Sequence record: NC_028899.1
Length of the DNA stretch: 64,000 bases
Reading direction: 5' to 3' (one strand)
The notes below the pieces were generated by a model. The model was not told the DNA's origin, did not search any database, and saw only the letters and a list, made by a program, of their open reading frames with translations. Made by a program: the position numbers and the translations under genes. Of the stretch, positions 34,798-46,484 are shown piece after piece (within the stretch, counting starts at the first letter, position 1; every line of letters starts with the position of its first letter).

Positions 34798-37700
34798 CCA
34801 GCGTTAAAATCGTCGAAAACGTCGCGAACGTTTCGAACGGCAGGAAACTGCCTGTTCTGGAATTCGTTCGCAATTACAAGCCGCTCGCGGCCGCGATCAG
34901 TAAGGCTACGCCTGGCACTGACCGCGTGACCAGAGACCCCCAGGGTAACCGTAAAATCAGTTCCCCTGATTACGCCTCGATGATCAGTGTTCACCGCACG
35001 ATCAGCCGTCGTAATAAAGATGCAAAAATGACTCTTCAGATGTTGCCAGATTTGAAGCTGGCCCTGGAGATGGTCATTTCTCTGATCATGTCGCCGAAGG
35101 ATATGTTCAGTGATGAGGTTTTGATTCTCTCGGATTCGTCGGAACTGCTGCCCGCGTCGTTGATGTCTTCGATGCTGCAAGTCACGACCGACTACTTCAA
35201 GAAGAATCACAACCTGACGGAATTCCTCCAGCACATGCTCGAAGAGGTTCTCGGCCAACAAGGCGCATTGCCTGTGGCTGTGATTCCCGAAAACGCGCTG
35301 GACGATCTCATCAACAACTACAACGCCAATCTCTCGCTGGAAAAGTTCTCCACGGAGTTTGACGTCGAGCGAAATATCCCCCATCCCCTCAGTTTGCTGG
35401 GAGCACCAGACTATCTGACGGCCCGACAAAATAATACACCGGCTCAAGCTGGTGGTCGTGCTAACCGCATGAAGTTTGGTTCGCAGGTGTCGTTTGACCT
35501 GCAGTCTTTCGAATCGTATCGTTCGACTTCGATGAACGCCAATAAGGCAACGACGGCCAACGCCGGCATTGCTTTCTCGAAGCTCTTCAACGATAAACTC
35601 AAGGACGAAGACAAAAACAAGCCCTGGATGTTTAAACCCGCGGGCATGTCGGCCTTGCCTGGTTCGGAAGGTGATGGTAACGAAATCAGTGCTGACAATC
35701 TGGTATTCGTGACCGACAACTTCTCCATCCTGAAGTTGCCCAACTGGAAAGAACGTGCTCGTGGTTCACGGGTTAGTGAAGTCCTCAAGGGCCGAGGTTA
35801 CAACAAGCTGCAAGCTTCGCTTGAGTCGATGACGCTCAAGCTCTCGCAAAAACAAAAAGAAATCATCAAAGCCGATGCGGAAAAGGGTGGTCGACAACTC
35901 GCCGATAGCGAGGTCGAAAGTCTGCTCTTCAAGAATCGCCGCTTTGCTCATACGCCGGTGGCTTCGATCCGCACCAACGGAAACCTGAAGCGTAACTCCA
36001 TCGGCGAACCCATGATCAAAGAATTCGATACGGCATGTTTCATTCCCGTGTCGATTGAGGGCGACCCGACTCGTAAGCTCGGTGGTTTCATCATGCTGGA
36101 CGAAGAGGGTTATCCTCTCACCACGCATACGCCGGATCCTGAAGAGATCGTTGACTTGTCCACCTACGCTGGAGGTTCTGGCAACTTTATCTCCAGCATG
36201 AATGATCGTTCGAACTCGATCATGAATGGTAAGGACTGCAATGGCGTCCCCCAATACATGCTCAAGAAGTTTTTCACGCGTGCATTCGCAGAAATGGTCG
36301 AGAAGGATCTGATCGACCGTGTGAAGAATGGTCAGTACGACAACGGTGTCCAGCTGGCCTCGAACGAAGACTTCTACTGGCTGATGCTCACCCGCTGTAT
36401 GAAGGGTCAGCGCACTCACTTGCTTTGGCTGCCCAACGAGTTCCTGGTGTACTTTGCCATGGACTACGACGAAATGGGTTTTGGCAAGAGCTTGCTCGAT
36501 GACATCCGCAACATCACCAGTATGCGCATCATGCTGATGGTCTCGGGTATCGCAGCATCGCTCAAGAACTCCATTGGCCGCACCAAGGTGACAGTGAAAC
36601 TGGATGAAGAAGATCCGGATGCCGAAAAATCGATCGAAGACATTCAGGATGAAATCCTGAAGAGCCGGATGAACCCGATTCCGTTCGGCATCAACAACGT
36701 GGCAGACATCAGCAAGTATCTGCAACGTTCGTGCTACGAATTCGAAATCTCGGGATCGAATGCGATTCCGGACATGCAAGTTCAGTTCGAACAATACAAT
36801 TCGCAGTATCCGAAGCCCGATGAAGATCTCCAGAACCAGCTGAAGGAACTGTCGATCCATCATTTCGGTCTGACGAAGGACATGATCGACGCGGCAGAAG
36901 GTGTGGACTTTGCCATTCAGGCAGCCACGAATAACCTGATGACCATGAAACGCGTGCAGCGTTGGCAACGTAAGGTCGAGCCGCAAGCATCCGAATACAT
37001 TCGCAAGATCGCCATTAACAGCGAATCCCAAATCAATGACCTGCGTGATCTGGTACGAAACAACTTCGACCAGCTGCAAGTCGAAAAGATCAAGCGTTAT
37101 TTTGGTCTTGAAGACGACAAGATGCTGGAAGACGAAGACTTCAAAAAGCTCGTCACCGAACAGTGTCTGAACGTCTTCCTGAACAACCTCGTGGTGGAAC
37201 TCCCGTCTCCGGCTTCTGCAACTCTGGAAGCTCAGAAGCAGCAGTTCGACGACGCAGCCGAGTTCTACAAGAATGCACTGGAGTACATCGTGAACGAATC
37301 GTTCTTCGATGCTTCGGTCCAAGGCGAAGAAATGTCCAACCACGTGGACATGATCAAAAACATTCTCTTGTCGCACTTCATGCGCGAATACATGGCGAAG
37401 AATGCAATCCTTCCGGAACTTGCAGACCTCACCACGATCGGCGAAGATGGCAAGATCGCAGTCAACATCATGGATTCCTTGGAGCAACACATCAAGGCTC
37501 TGGGTATGTCGACTGGCAACTTCTTCAAGCGTTTCAAACAGTTCGCTGCTCTGCAATCGGCTCTCATGCAGGACGTGGCCGATAGCACGACCGAAGGCGA
37601 AACCGACACTGGTGGCGGTAGCAGTGGTGGTGACGACTTTGGTGGCGGTGGTGGCACTGACGACGACATTCCTGGTCTGGATGATATTCCGGACGAAACG

Positions 37701-37799
37701 GAAGAAGACACCGATACGACTACGTCGGATACAGACACCGGGACTGGCGATCAAAACGCTAACCCGGATGAAAACGAAGACGAAGACGAAAATCAGTAA
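34791..37799 (+). CDS. Probable portal protein
   Basis: 1002 aa, largely helical, acidic disordered C-tail; size and position match my recollection of phiKZ gp129-like portals (not verified). Confidence 0.55.
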   Translation: MSSSVKIVENVANVSNGRKLPVLEFVRNYKPLAAAISKATPGTDRVTRDPQGNRKISSPDYASMISVHRTISRRNKDAKMTLQMLPDLKLALEMVISLIMSPKDMFSDEVLILSDSSELLPASLMSSMLQVTTDYFKKNHNLTEFLQHMLEEVLGQQGALPVAVIPENALDDLINNYNANLSLEKFSTEFDVERNIPHPLSLLGAPDYLTARQNNTPAQAGGRANRMKFGSQVSFDLQSFESYRSTSMNANKATTANAGIAFSKLFNDKLKDEDKNKPWMFKPAGMSALPGSEGDGNEISADNLVFVTDNFSILKLPNWKERARGSRVSEVLKGRGYNKLQASLESMTLKLSQKQKEIIKADAEKGGRQLADSEVESLLFKNRRFAHTPVASIRTNGNLKRNSIGEPMIKEFDTACFIPVSIEGDPTRKLGGFIMLDEEGYPLTTHTPDPEEIVDLSTYAGGSGNFISSMNDRSNSIMNGKDCNGVPQYMLKKFFTRAFAEMVEKDLIDRVKNGQYDNGVQLASNEDFYWLMLTRCMKGQRTHLLWLPNEFLVYFAMDYDEMGFGKSLLDDIRNITSMRIMLMVSGIAASLKNSIGRTKVTVKLDEEDPDAEKSIEDIQDEILKSRMNPIPFGINNVADISKYLQRSCYEFEISGSNAIPDMQVQFEQYNSQYPKPDEDLQNQLKELSIHHFGLTKDMIDAAEGVDFAIQAATNNLMTMKRVQRWQRKVEPQASEYIRKIAINSESQINDLRDLVRNNFDQLQVEKIKRYFGLEDDKMLEDEDFKKLVTEQCLNVFLNNLVVELPSPASATLEAQKQQFDDAAEFYKNALEYIVNESFFDASVQGEEMSNHVDMIKNILLSHFMREYMAKNAILPELADLTTIGEDGKIAVNIMDSLEQHIKALGMSTGNFFKRFKQFAALQSALMQDVADSTTEGETDTGGGSSGGDDFGGGGGTDDDIPGLDDIPDETEEDTDTTTSDTDTGTGDQNANPDENEDEDENQ

Positions 37800-37814
37800 A
37801 CGAAAGCAAAGATG

Positions 37815-37842
37815 CCATGGAGAGGCGCAAGCCTCTCCATGG
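37815..37842. terminator. Hairpin between convergent genes, 12-bp stem, GCAA loop
   Basis: CCATGGAGAGGC-GCAA-GCCTCTCCATGG. Confidence 0.72.
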
Positions 37843-37852
37843 GTTTATGCCG

Positions 37853-38572
37853 TCAACTCGGTGTGAAGTTACTCGTGTACTTGGCAAGACCGACCGTGAG
37901 GATCGTACGATCGAAGTGTCCATTGATCGATCCGTAGTTAGCCGAGTAGTTGCCTTGATACATACAGCCAATGGCGACTACTCCTGTCGTATCGAACGTG
38001 AGATTTGTTTTCGTCGTCTCGGTACCAATAGCTTTCTGAATACCATTGAGAAAGAGACGATAAGTATTACCTGCTCGACAACATGCCATATGGAACCATG
38101 CAGCAGCAGGCACCGATCCATCGGTTTGTACAATGTTAAAGAGATTCGGTCCGGACTGACTATTGCCGATACCAAACCAGAGATTCGCTCCACCATAAAC
38201 GTGGAAGTTTGCATAGAGACTACTCCCTGCACTCACCCCCATATTCAGGAACCGACCGTTGTCGTTCGCGATTGTTGGCAAGTAGCAATAGGTCTCGAAG
38301 GTATAGTCCTGAAGACCCGGCATGAGATCAGGATAGCGCGCATAGTCGTAATACAGACCAGCCGCGCCCTGAGAGCCGTAAAACAGACCAGACGTACTGC
38401 CGTACTTGGCCGGCAGACTGTTATCGATTGTGGTCTTGGGAAAAATCGTTTTAGGGGTTCGGCCACCGCTGGAATCGATGAAGTTCTGGCTGCCAGGTGT
38501 TCCCTCATATTCCAGCTGAAGAATACCGTTTCCACCGCTCTTCTTTTTATAGAGGAGTAAAGAATTGAGCAT
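37853..38572 (-). CDS. ConA/LamG-like lectin-domain virion protein
   Basis: Start MLNSLLLYKKK at 38572; DYTFETY, AWFHMACCRAGNTYRLFLNG, INGHFD, AKYTSNFTP. Confidence 0.8.
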   Translation of the reverse strand: MLNSLLLYKKKSGGNGILQLEYEGTPGSQNFIDSSGGRTPKTIFPKTTIDNSLPAKYGSTSGLFYGSQGAAGLYYDYARYPDLMPGLQDYTFETYCYLPTIANDNGRFLNMGVSAGSSLYANFHVYGGANLWFGIGNSQSGPNLFNIVQTDGSVPAAAWFHMACCRAGNTYRLFLNGIQKAIGTETTKTNLTFDTTGVVAIGCMYQGNYSANYGSINGHFDRTILTVGLAKYTSNFTPS

Positions 38573-38579
38573 AAAAGCC

Positions 38580-39242
38580 TTACGGTAACTGAGAAATACG
38601 AATGTTTTTAACCCAGCCATTCAGAGCGCCTGTATTGGCCGAAGTAGCACCAACTCGGGTAAACGTATCGCCACCAGTATCGAATGCTCCAGCGCCCTGC
38701 GTCACGCTTTTTGTTACGTTAGTAACATATACGCCCGTGGCATCCTTACGAATGCTGTAACGCTGCATCGTCAAGTCGTTGGTCAGTGTAGGCATGATAC
38801 GCCTATAACTACCACCAGACGTCGTCTGAAAATACATCGGGTATGTAGCCGGATACTGGTTCAAAGAGAATGCAGAACCGGCGTGAGGAGAAGTTGGATA
38901 ATCGCCAGTCCCGACGACAAATCCATTGGTCGTTGTATCGGTCGTTGCCAACTCGCATTCGATCAGGTAACGCATCGAATTCAAAGCAAGTACCGATGGG
39001 TTAATAAATACGACCCCGGCATTGAAACGATAACAAATTCCAAACGTAGGGTGGTCGACATATCCGTCGGCAACACTCGGAGAACCAAACGTGCTGCGCG
39101 TCAGATTTCGACCAGCAACGGTTTCATAAATTACCTGACTGCCAACAGTACCTGTAGTCAAATCGAGATTGAAAATGGGGGTACCTTCACCAGATGGCCA
39201 TGGACCTCCCGCCTTCTTTTTCAAAAGAAGATCTTCCAGCAT
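38580..39242 (-). CDS. Lectin-like (ConA-fold candidate) virion protein
   Basis: MLEDLLLKKK N-terminus shared with the LamG genes; beta-rich body ending LNGWVKNIRIS. Confidence 0.6.
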   Translation of the reverse strand: MLEDLLLKKKAGGPWPSGEGTPIFNLDLTTGTVGSQVIYETVAGRNLTRSTFGSPSVADGYVDHPTFGICYRFNAGVVFINPSVLALNSMRYLIECELATTDTTTNGFVVGTGDYPTSPHAGSAFSLNQYPATYPMYFQTTSGGSYRRIMPTLTNDLTMQRYSIRKDATGVYVTNVTKSVTQGAGAFDTGGDTFTRVGATSANTGALNGWVKNIRISQLP

Positions 39243-39277
39243 TTCTTATAAACCCTGTCTATAGATTGTCACAGGAT

Positions 39278-39676
39278 TTACTCCCTTGCAATAGCTTCTC
39301 GTAATACCTGAATGTCTTTCTCGTCCTTCTCACGATTCAAAGGCAGCTTCAGTTCCAGAATGCTTTTGAGTGATTGGACAGGATAACCGTTGATCACTCG
39401 ATCGCATTCATGTTTGGTGTCGCGTGCATCGATTACGCCACCCACTACCCACATGACGTGCGGTTTATCCTTTACTGCCATTTTGCAATAGACTCGCGTC
39501 ATGACCATCTGGCGGCAGACTTCAGTCGGTACGTACAGATCGATATCTGCGGTCTCCAGTCTAAGACCACGTAACACCATGGCAGATCCGCCCAATACCT
39601 GGATCTGGTTACGTTCGAGCTTCATGTGCCAAATGAACTCGCTGAGTTTCTCCAATACCTGGCTTCTATTAAGCAT
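39278..39676 (-). CDS. Minimal nucleotidyltransferase-like protein
   Basis: VLGGSAM...TADIDLYV (GG/GS...DxD) and LELK...REKD..DI C-terminal helix. Confidence 0.65.
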   Translation of the reverse strand: MLNRSQVLEKLSEFIWHMKLERNQIQVLGGSAMVLRGLRLETADIDLYVPTEVCRQMVMTRVYCKMAVKDKPHVMWVVGGVIDARDTKHECDRVINGYPVQSLKSILELKLPLNREKDEKDIQVLREAIARE

Positions 39677-39728
39677 TTTTCACTCCGACAAAGCAAAAAA
39701 AATAGATGGGTCGAAGCCCATCTATTCG

Positions 39729-41801
<2,073 letters not shown>

Positions 41802-41809
41802 TCATAGCA

Positions 41810-41820
41810 ATGATATATTC
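41810..41820 (-). promoter_or_regulatory. Candidate phage promoter motif GAATATATCAT
   Basis: Plus-strand ATGATATATTC about 24 nt upstream of ligA; the same 10-11-mer recurs at 49093 and 59574. Confidence 0.45.
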
Positions 41821-41852
41821 GTGAAAAAATAACAGACACAATAAGCACAGTG

Positions 41853-41882
41853 GATACAGCTAGGCCGAAGCCTAGCTGTATC
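41853..41882 (-). terminator. Hairpin, 13-bp stem, cUUCGg loop on the minus strand
   Basis: GATACAGCTAGGC-CGAA-GCCTAGCTGTATC just after the minus-strand stop at 41891. Confidence 0.72.
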
Positions 41883-41890
41883 GGGTCTGC

Positions 41891-42349
41891 TTATGCCTGA
41901 ATCATGAGCGTTTGAGCGACGTCATACAAATCCGCCCAAATCCGAACAGACGCGTAGACTGCCTCATGCCTGTTCATTTCACTACCATTCTGACCAACGC
42001 CGCTCAGGATGGTCTGCACTACGTGCGGAACCAGCACCTGCAACTGGGGAAGATGAGCGCCTTTGAAGTTCCCATGCATCCATTTCACCAGGACCGAAGC
42101 GGCCTTGATATACATCTCCAGATTTTCAAGAGAACTGTTCGATGCCTTGAGCAATTCTTTCAACTTGATCATGCGTTGTTGGCGATGTACGAGTCCGACG
42201 TCCGTGCTTTCGGAGCAAAGATGAATGTATTCGCCAGCATAAGCGGCGCGTTCATTCATCATTACCACCATTTCTTCCTTGAAAGAATTGATGGCTTCCT
42301 GAAGCATGTCGGAATTCGTCAACACCATTCCACCGGCGATGTTGTCCAT
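41891..42349 (-). CDS. Hypothetical protein, 152 aa
   Basis: GAGG RBS, helical, fills the gap between neighbours. Confidence 0.7.
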   Translation of the reverse strand: MDNIAGGMVLTNSDMLQEAINSFKEEMVVMMNERAAYAGEYIHLCSESTDVGLVHRQQRMIKLKELLKASNSSLENLEMYIKAASVLVKWMHGNFKGAHLPQLQVLVPHVVQTILSGVGQNGSEMNRHEAVYASVRIWADLYDVAQTLMIQA

Positions 42350-42358
42350 GCAGACCTC

Positions 42359-42943
42359 TTAAACGGAGACGAGCAGGCTGCCGCCCAGACCGTCGACGCC
42401 CTTGGCGTTCGGGATGTTCAGACCGCTGTCCAGCATGCCGGGACCATCCTGACGCTGATTGGCCGGATCTTGCGCAGCCTTTTTCGCAGCGACTTCTTCC
42501 ACGGGGTTGGCGTTCGGATACAGAACCGGCACGTATTGCATCATGTCGCGAATGATCGAGACGGCGAAGACTTCTTCGATCGTCGTCTTTTGCAGATCCT
42601 TGCCGGTATCGATGATCGTTTCGTACGCCAGCTTGATCTGGCCGCGCACGTTCGGCAGGTTGTCCAGGAGATCGATCTTCTCGCTGTACGTGATCAGCAC
42701 GGTAGCCGAGGCGATCAGATCGGCGAAACGCTTGATCTCCATGTCGTGTTGCTGGAGCTTCTGCGCTTGGGCGTGCAGTTCCTGCTGATTCGGCTGCACG
42801 ATGACGCTCGACTGCATCTTGCAGAACTTCACGAGTTCTTCGGCACGGCGGTTGATCCAGTCACGCATGCGGCCCTGATACGTCAGGCGAGCCATTTCGA
42901 GGTTCTTGACTTGTTCTTGCGTGAGATGCTTATTTTCGGACAT
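42359..42943 (-). CDS. Hypothetical protein, 194 aa
   Basis: AAGGA RBS before ATG 42943 (MSENKHL); strong codon bias. Confidence 0.75.
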   Translation of the reverse strand: MSENKHLTQEQVKNLEMARLTYQGRMRDWINRRAEELVKFCKMQSSVIVQPNQQELHAQAQKLQQHDMEIKRFADLIASATVLITYSEKIDLLDNLPNVRGQIKLAYETIIDTGKDLQKTTIEEVFAVSIIRDMMQYVPVLYPNANPVEEVAAKKAAQDPANQRQDGPGMLDSGLNIPNAKGVDGLGGSLLVSV

Positions 42944-43208
42944 TTTCAATTCCTTGCTTTTCAAGCTGCTTATAGCGCTTGGTGAGTTTTCGAGAAAGAC
43001 GACCCAGAACAGCCACCCAATGCTCTTCCGGGACAATTTCAAACATGTACTGCACGGCATAGCGATGCTGGGTGAACATCGCCTGCCGGGTCATTGCTTC
43101 GTGAAACGGGAAGCGACGCAGAACGACATCTTCCTGATTGCCGTTATGCAACTGCGTCATGGTGACGTCGTGATCGGCAATCCCGCCAATGAGTCCTCGC
43201 GTCATCAC
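42930..43208 (-). CDS. Hypothetical protein, 92 aa
   Basis: AGGAGG RBS; overlaps the downstream start. Confidence 0.6.
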   Translation of the reverse strand: MMTRGLIGGIADHDVTMTQLHNGNQEDVVLRRFPFHEAMTRQAMFTQHRYAVQYMFEIVPEEHWVAVLGRLSRKLTKRYKQLEKQGIENVRK

Positions 43209-43214
43209 GCCTCC

Positions 43215-43964
43215 TTAATGCAGAACCTTCTTCGGTTCTTCTTCCTTCGCCGACGCAGCGATCTCGTCGAGCGGCTTGGTCCCGAATTCGCTCTTCTTTT
43301 GCAGCCGGTCGTTGTTGAACGGCAGGCCGTTGAGGAGGAAGTCGATCAGCTGATCACGGATCTGAGCCACCAGGTATTCGCGCGAGAAACCGCGCAAGTT
43401 GTCCTGATTGCCGTAGTGCGATGCCAGTTCGGCGATACGCGATTCCAGCTCAGCCGGAGTACGAGCAGCCAGCTTGTGTTTCGGGATGACGAAACTGGTC
43501 TGGTCATACGCTTCATTCATGTACCAGTTGGTGTATGGGTACAGATTGAAGTAGATCATGTCACGAGACCAGTGTACCGGATTCTCGTTCATCATCTCGG
43601 CGAACCGCTCCATGTACTGCGAGCAGTTCAGGATGATCAGAGCTCGGACACGGCGCAGTTCCGAGTTGATCATCTTGTCGGTCGGGTACTTCGGGTCGGT
43701 CGTCTCGCCATCTTCCGTCAGATACGCCTGCTTCAGGAAGCTTTGAAACGCCGCTTCTGCATGCTGCGCCATCTGGTCTGCCGAGCGTTGCCCGAACGCC
43801 AGCAATGTTGCCGTATGACGCGCCCCGCCTGCACGGTTCTGGAGGTAATTCTTCTTCTCCCACCAGAAGCGAGTGCGCATCTGTTCCAGACTGAAGACGG
43901 CTTTTTCTTCCAGCGTCCCGTTCATCGGGTACTGGTCTTCGTTGTCCATGTCTTGGAAAAACAT
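43215..43964 (-). CDS. Hypothetical protein, 249 aa
   Basis: AGGA RBS, strong codon bias. Confidence 0.75.
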   Translation of the reverse strand: MFFQDMDNEDQYPMNGTLEEKAVFSLEQMRTRFWWEKKNYLQNRAGGARHTATLLAFGQRSADQMAQHAEAAFQSFLKQAYLTEDGETTDPKYPTDKMINSELRRVRALIILNCSQYMERFAEMMNENPVHWSRDMIYFNLYPYTNWYMNEAYDQTSFVIPKHKLAARTPAELESRIAELASHYGNQDNLRGFSREYLVAQIRDQLIDFLLNGLPFNNDRLQKKSEFGTKPLDEIAASAKEEEPKKVLH

Positions 43965-43973
43965 CAGGCTTTC

Positions 43974-44441
43974 CTATTCGATATAGTTTTCAAAAGGGAA
44001 TTCATGGATTTCATGAGATTCCACCAACGTGGCCTTATCCTTAGCGATTGCGACTTGGCCATCTGGATACACGATGTGTTCTTCGGAATCGTAGATTGCG
44101 ATGTGAAACCCAAACTGGCGCAAATGCACCAGACTGTTCACCGCACTCCACAACGTCAACGCATCGACAAACGCAAAGATGTGTTGACCGTACGTCGTCG
44201 GAGGAGCATTGAAGTCCCCCGGCTCGGCCAAACACACCATCGCATCAGACGCAAACCGCCCAGGTCCGCAATCATGCGTGAACGGACCTTTTTTGCTTTC
44301 CGGATGTTCTATCCGGAATACGCGCCGCTTTGCATACTCGGTTTCAATTCGGGCAGGCTTGGCGGTTGCACGGGCAACGGTTCGGCTGTAAGTTCCTTTG
44401 ACTCTTCCAGCTGCTCGACGCGCAGCGCGGTTCTGATCCAT
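43974..44441 (-). CDS. Hypothetical protein, 155 aa
   Basis: GAGGA RBS; basic N-terminus, globular C-domain. Confidence 0.65.
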   Translation of the reverse strand: MDQNRAARRAAGRVKGTYSRTVARATAKPARIETEYAKRRVFRIEHPESKKGPFTHDCGPGRFASDAMVCLAEPGDFNAPPTTYGQHIFAFVDALTLWSAVNSLVHLRQFGFHIAIYDSEEHIVYPDGQVAIAKDKATLVESHEIHEFPFENYIE

Positions 44442-44839
44442 GAATGATTATCCTCGCCCACGATGAAGACCTGTCCCGGCTGCGTATAGCGGGCGGTAGA
44501 ATCGCTGATGTCGACGGCAATACTCGACGAAAGCAATTGAAACCGCAAGCCGTTCTCGGATTCCATCAGTGGAGTGAGTTGGTTCAACACACGAATTTCC
44601 TCGATGGGACGCTCGTAGAGTCTGGCCAACTGGTAACGGTTTTGGCTCATCAACTCGTACCGCAATTGAAGGACATGCAGGATCTCACCCTTGTCCTCCG
44701 TCTTGTGGAACTTCCAGACGTAGTTGTAAAGCTTTTCAAGAAACGAGTTGTCTTCAGCATACAAGCCGAAAGGCAAGCCCGTCAGTTCCCGTTGCTGCGG
44801 ACTCAAGTCCAGCATGTTGATGTAACGGGTATTTTCCAT
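44309..44839 (-). CDS. Hypothetical protein, 176 aa
   Basis: AAGGAG RBS; the 3' end overlaps the next gene by about 130 nt. Confidence 0.6.
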   Translation of the reverse strand: MENTRYINMLDLSPQQRELTGLPFGLYAEDNSFLEKLYNYVWKFHKTEDKGEILHVLQLRYELMSQNRYQLARLYERPIEEIRVLNQLTPLMESENGLRFQLLSSSIAVDISDSTARYTQPGQVFIVGEDNHSWIRTALRVEQLEESKELTAEPLPVQPPSLPELKPSMQSGAYSG

Positions 44840-44866
44840 GGCGTGCTCCTTTAGTAGACCACACCA

Positions 44867-45073
44867 TCAGGAATGAATTGCGGTATCCATCAGAATCAGG
44901 TCCGCGATTCCGTTCAACTCGACCAACGTGATCTTTTCATTCCGGTCCCGACCTCTGATGACGTCGAGACACAGACCCTTGCCCCCGGCTTTAACTCTAG
45001 CCGCATCCACTGCTTGCTGAATGGTGTATTTTTTGTCCAGCTGCTCATGGATGGTCCAGATAAGTGTTGCCAT
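44867..45073 (-). CDS. Hypothetical protein, 68 aa
   Basis: AGGAG upstream of ATG. Confidence 0.55.
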   Translation of the reverse strand: MATLIWTIHEQLDKKYTIQQAVDAARVKAGGKGLCLDVIRGRDRNEKITLVELNGIADLILMDTAIHS

Positions 45074-45157
45074 TATCCTAGCTCCTGTTTTTGAGCGATA
45101 GTGAGGCGACGGCCAGCCTCCTCACTATCACGACGACTGTTTTTAAATTACAGCTTC

Positions 45158-46459
45158 TTACTGCTTGTCGCGAAACTTCTTCAGAGCAGCCGCCAACACA
45201 GATCCTGCCGGCGGTGGGTTTTCAAGAAGGTCTTGAAGTTTCTCCATTTCTTCGGGTTTGACCTTGATCGCCGATTGAATCATCCCTTCGACCAACGTCG
45301 GCAGCTTCTTACCGACTTCGGGACGGCTGGGCCGAGCCTGCTTGGCCATTTCAGCCATCACTCGATACGAAAAGTAGCCCAGATGGAACCAGATCGCCAG
45401 TGCATCCCAGGCCGCATTGTGTTGAACAGCTTCCTTCAACTTCGTCGGATACGCGTCGACGTAGTCGATCTTGAACGTCACGTTGCGCATTTGCCCGATG
45501 CGCTTGCCTTCTCCCAGATGAAGAATACGTGAGATGTATTCGACATCCGTCGGAAAGTCCATGTGGATAATGAAGTCCGAGTAGACAGTGTCGTGGCTGT
45601 GAGACGTCGACTTCATCACGTACTCAAGCCAGGTGCCCCAGCCGATACCTTGGGCATTCAGGTCGGTTGCCATCGTACCGGGCGGCACGTCCAGCAACAG
45701 CGGTACCACGTTTTCCTTCACCCATTCGTTTTCGACTGCATCTGCTGCTTTGCTGTCGAAAGCGTAGTACACACCGCCCATCTTGTTCGTGATGCCGACG
45801 GACAAGAGAGTTTTGGTCGTGTCGTCGAATTCGCAGTCGACGAAGAGTTCAACAGGCTGACGGAAGCGACCCGGGTGATGAACCAGCTGCCCGTCAATGG
45901 TGAGGTAGGCCCAAGCAAAAACGTTCTTGAAGTCTACCGGGATGAAAACCGCGGTCTCGATTGCTCCGTCGATCCCGTACTTCACCGGCGCGTTGGCCGA
46001 GAACTCGAAGCCGCCTTCGCGCACGATTTCCAGGAAGACGATCTCGTTGCTGATCTCGCCATCGCGGTTCATGGCGTGGTTCACGAGCATGCCTTCGGTA
46101 TAACCCATACGCCCGTTGATCTGCACGACGATCGGTACTTCCAGAGGAGGCCATTCGTCGAGCACGACTTCATTCATGTTCATGCCGTCGGCGCACTTGA
46201 TGACTGCCCATTCACGCTGGAGTTGCCAGACTTCGAACAGGTTTGCAGGGATCTTGCCTGGCACATACAGGCCGTGCGTGATGCCGGTCGGTTTGTTCTT
46301 CGGGAAGACTGCCGGATTCTTGAAATCCAGCTTCGGCACCGGTTGATCCGCGTGTTCTTCGCCTGTGGTCGGATCCTTCCGGGGAACGAATGTCAGACAT
46401 GCTTCTGCTCGGGGCTGGGAGCCCAGCTCTTTTATTGCGTGTTTTGCGTCTTTAATCAT
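45158..46459 (-). CDS. Two-domain protein with C-terminal DEDDh 3'-5' exonuclease (Rv2179c-like)
   Basis: FVDCEF, LLSVGI, YYA, WVKENVVPLL, DFPTD, HNAAWDA. Confidence 0.7.
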   Translation of the reverse strand: MIKDAKHAIKELGSQPRAEACLTFVPRKDPTTGEEHADQPVPKLDFKNPAVFPKNKPTGITHGLYVPGKIPANLFEVWQLQREWAVIKCADGMNMNEVVLDEWPPLEVPIVVQINGRMGYTEGMLVNHAMNRDGEISNEIVFLEIVREGGFEFSANAPVKYGIDGAIETAVFIPVDFKNVFAWAYLTIDGQLVHHPGRFRQPVELFVDCEFDDTTKTLLSVGITNKMGGVYYAFDSKAADAVENEWVKENVVPLLLDVPPGTMATDLNAQGIGWGTWLEYVMKSTSHSHDTVYSDFIIHMDFPTDVEYISRILHLGEGKRIGQMRNVTFKIDYVDAYPTKLKEAVQHNAAWDALAIWFHLGYFSYRVMAEMAKQARPSRPEVGKKLPTLVEGMIQSAIKVKPEEMEKLQDLLENPPPAGSVLAAALKKFRDKQ

Positions 46460-46484
46460 TGTAAAAAAATTCCAGGTGAAGAGA

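Noticed and set aside
35766-37754. 662-aa minus-strand ORF
   Set aside because: Antisense shadow of the putative portal gene.
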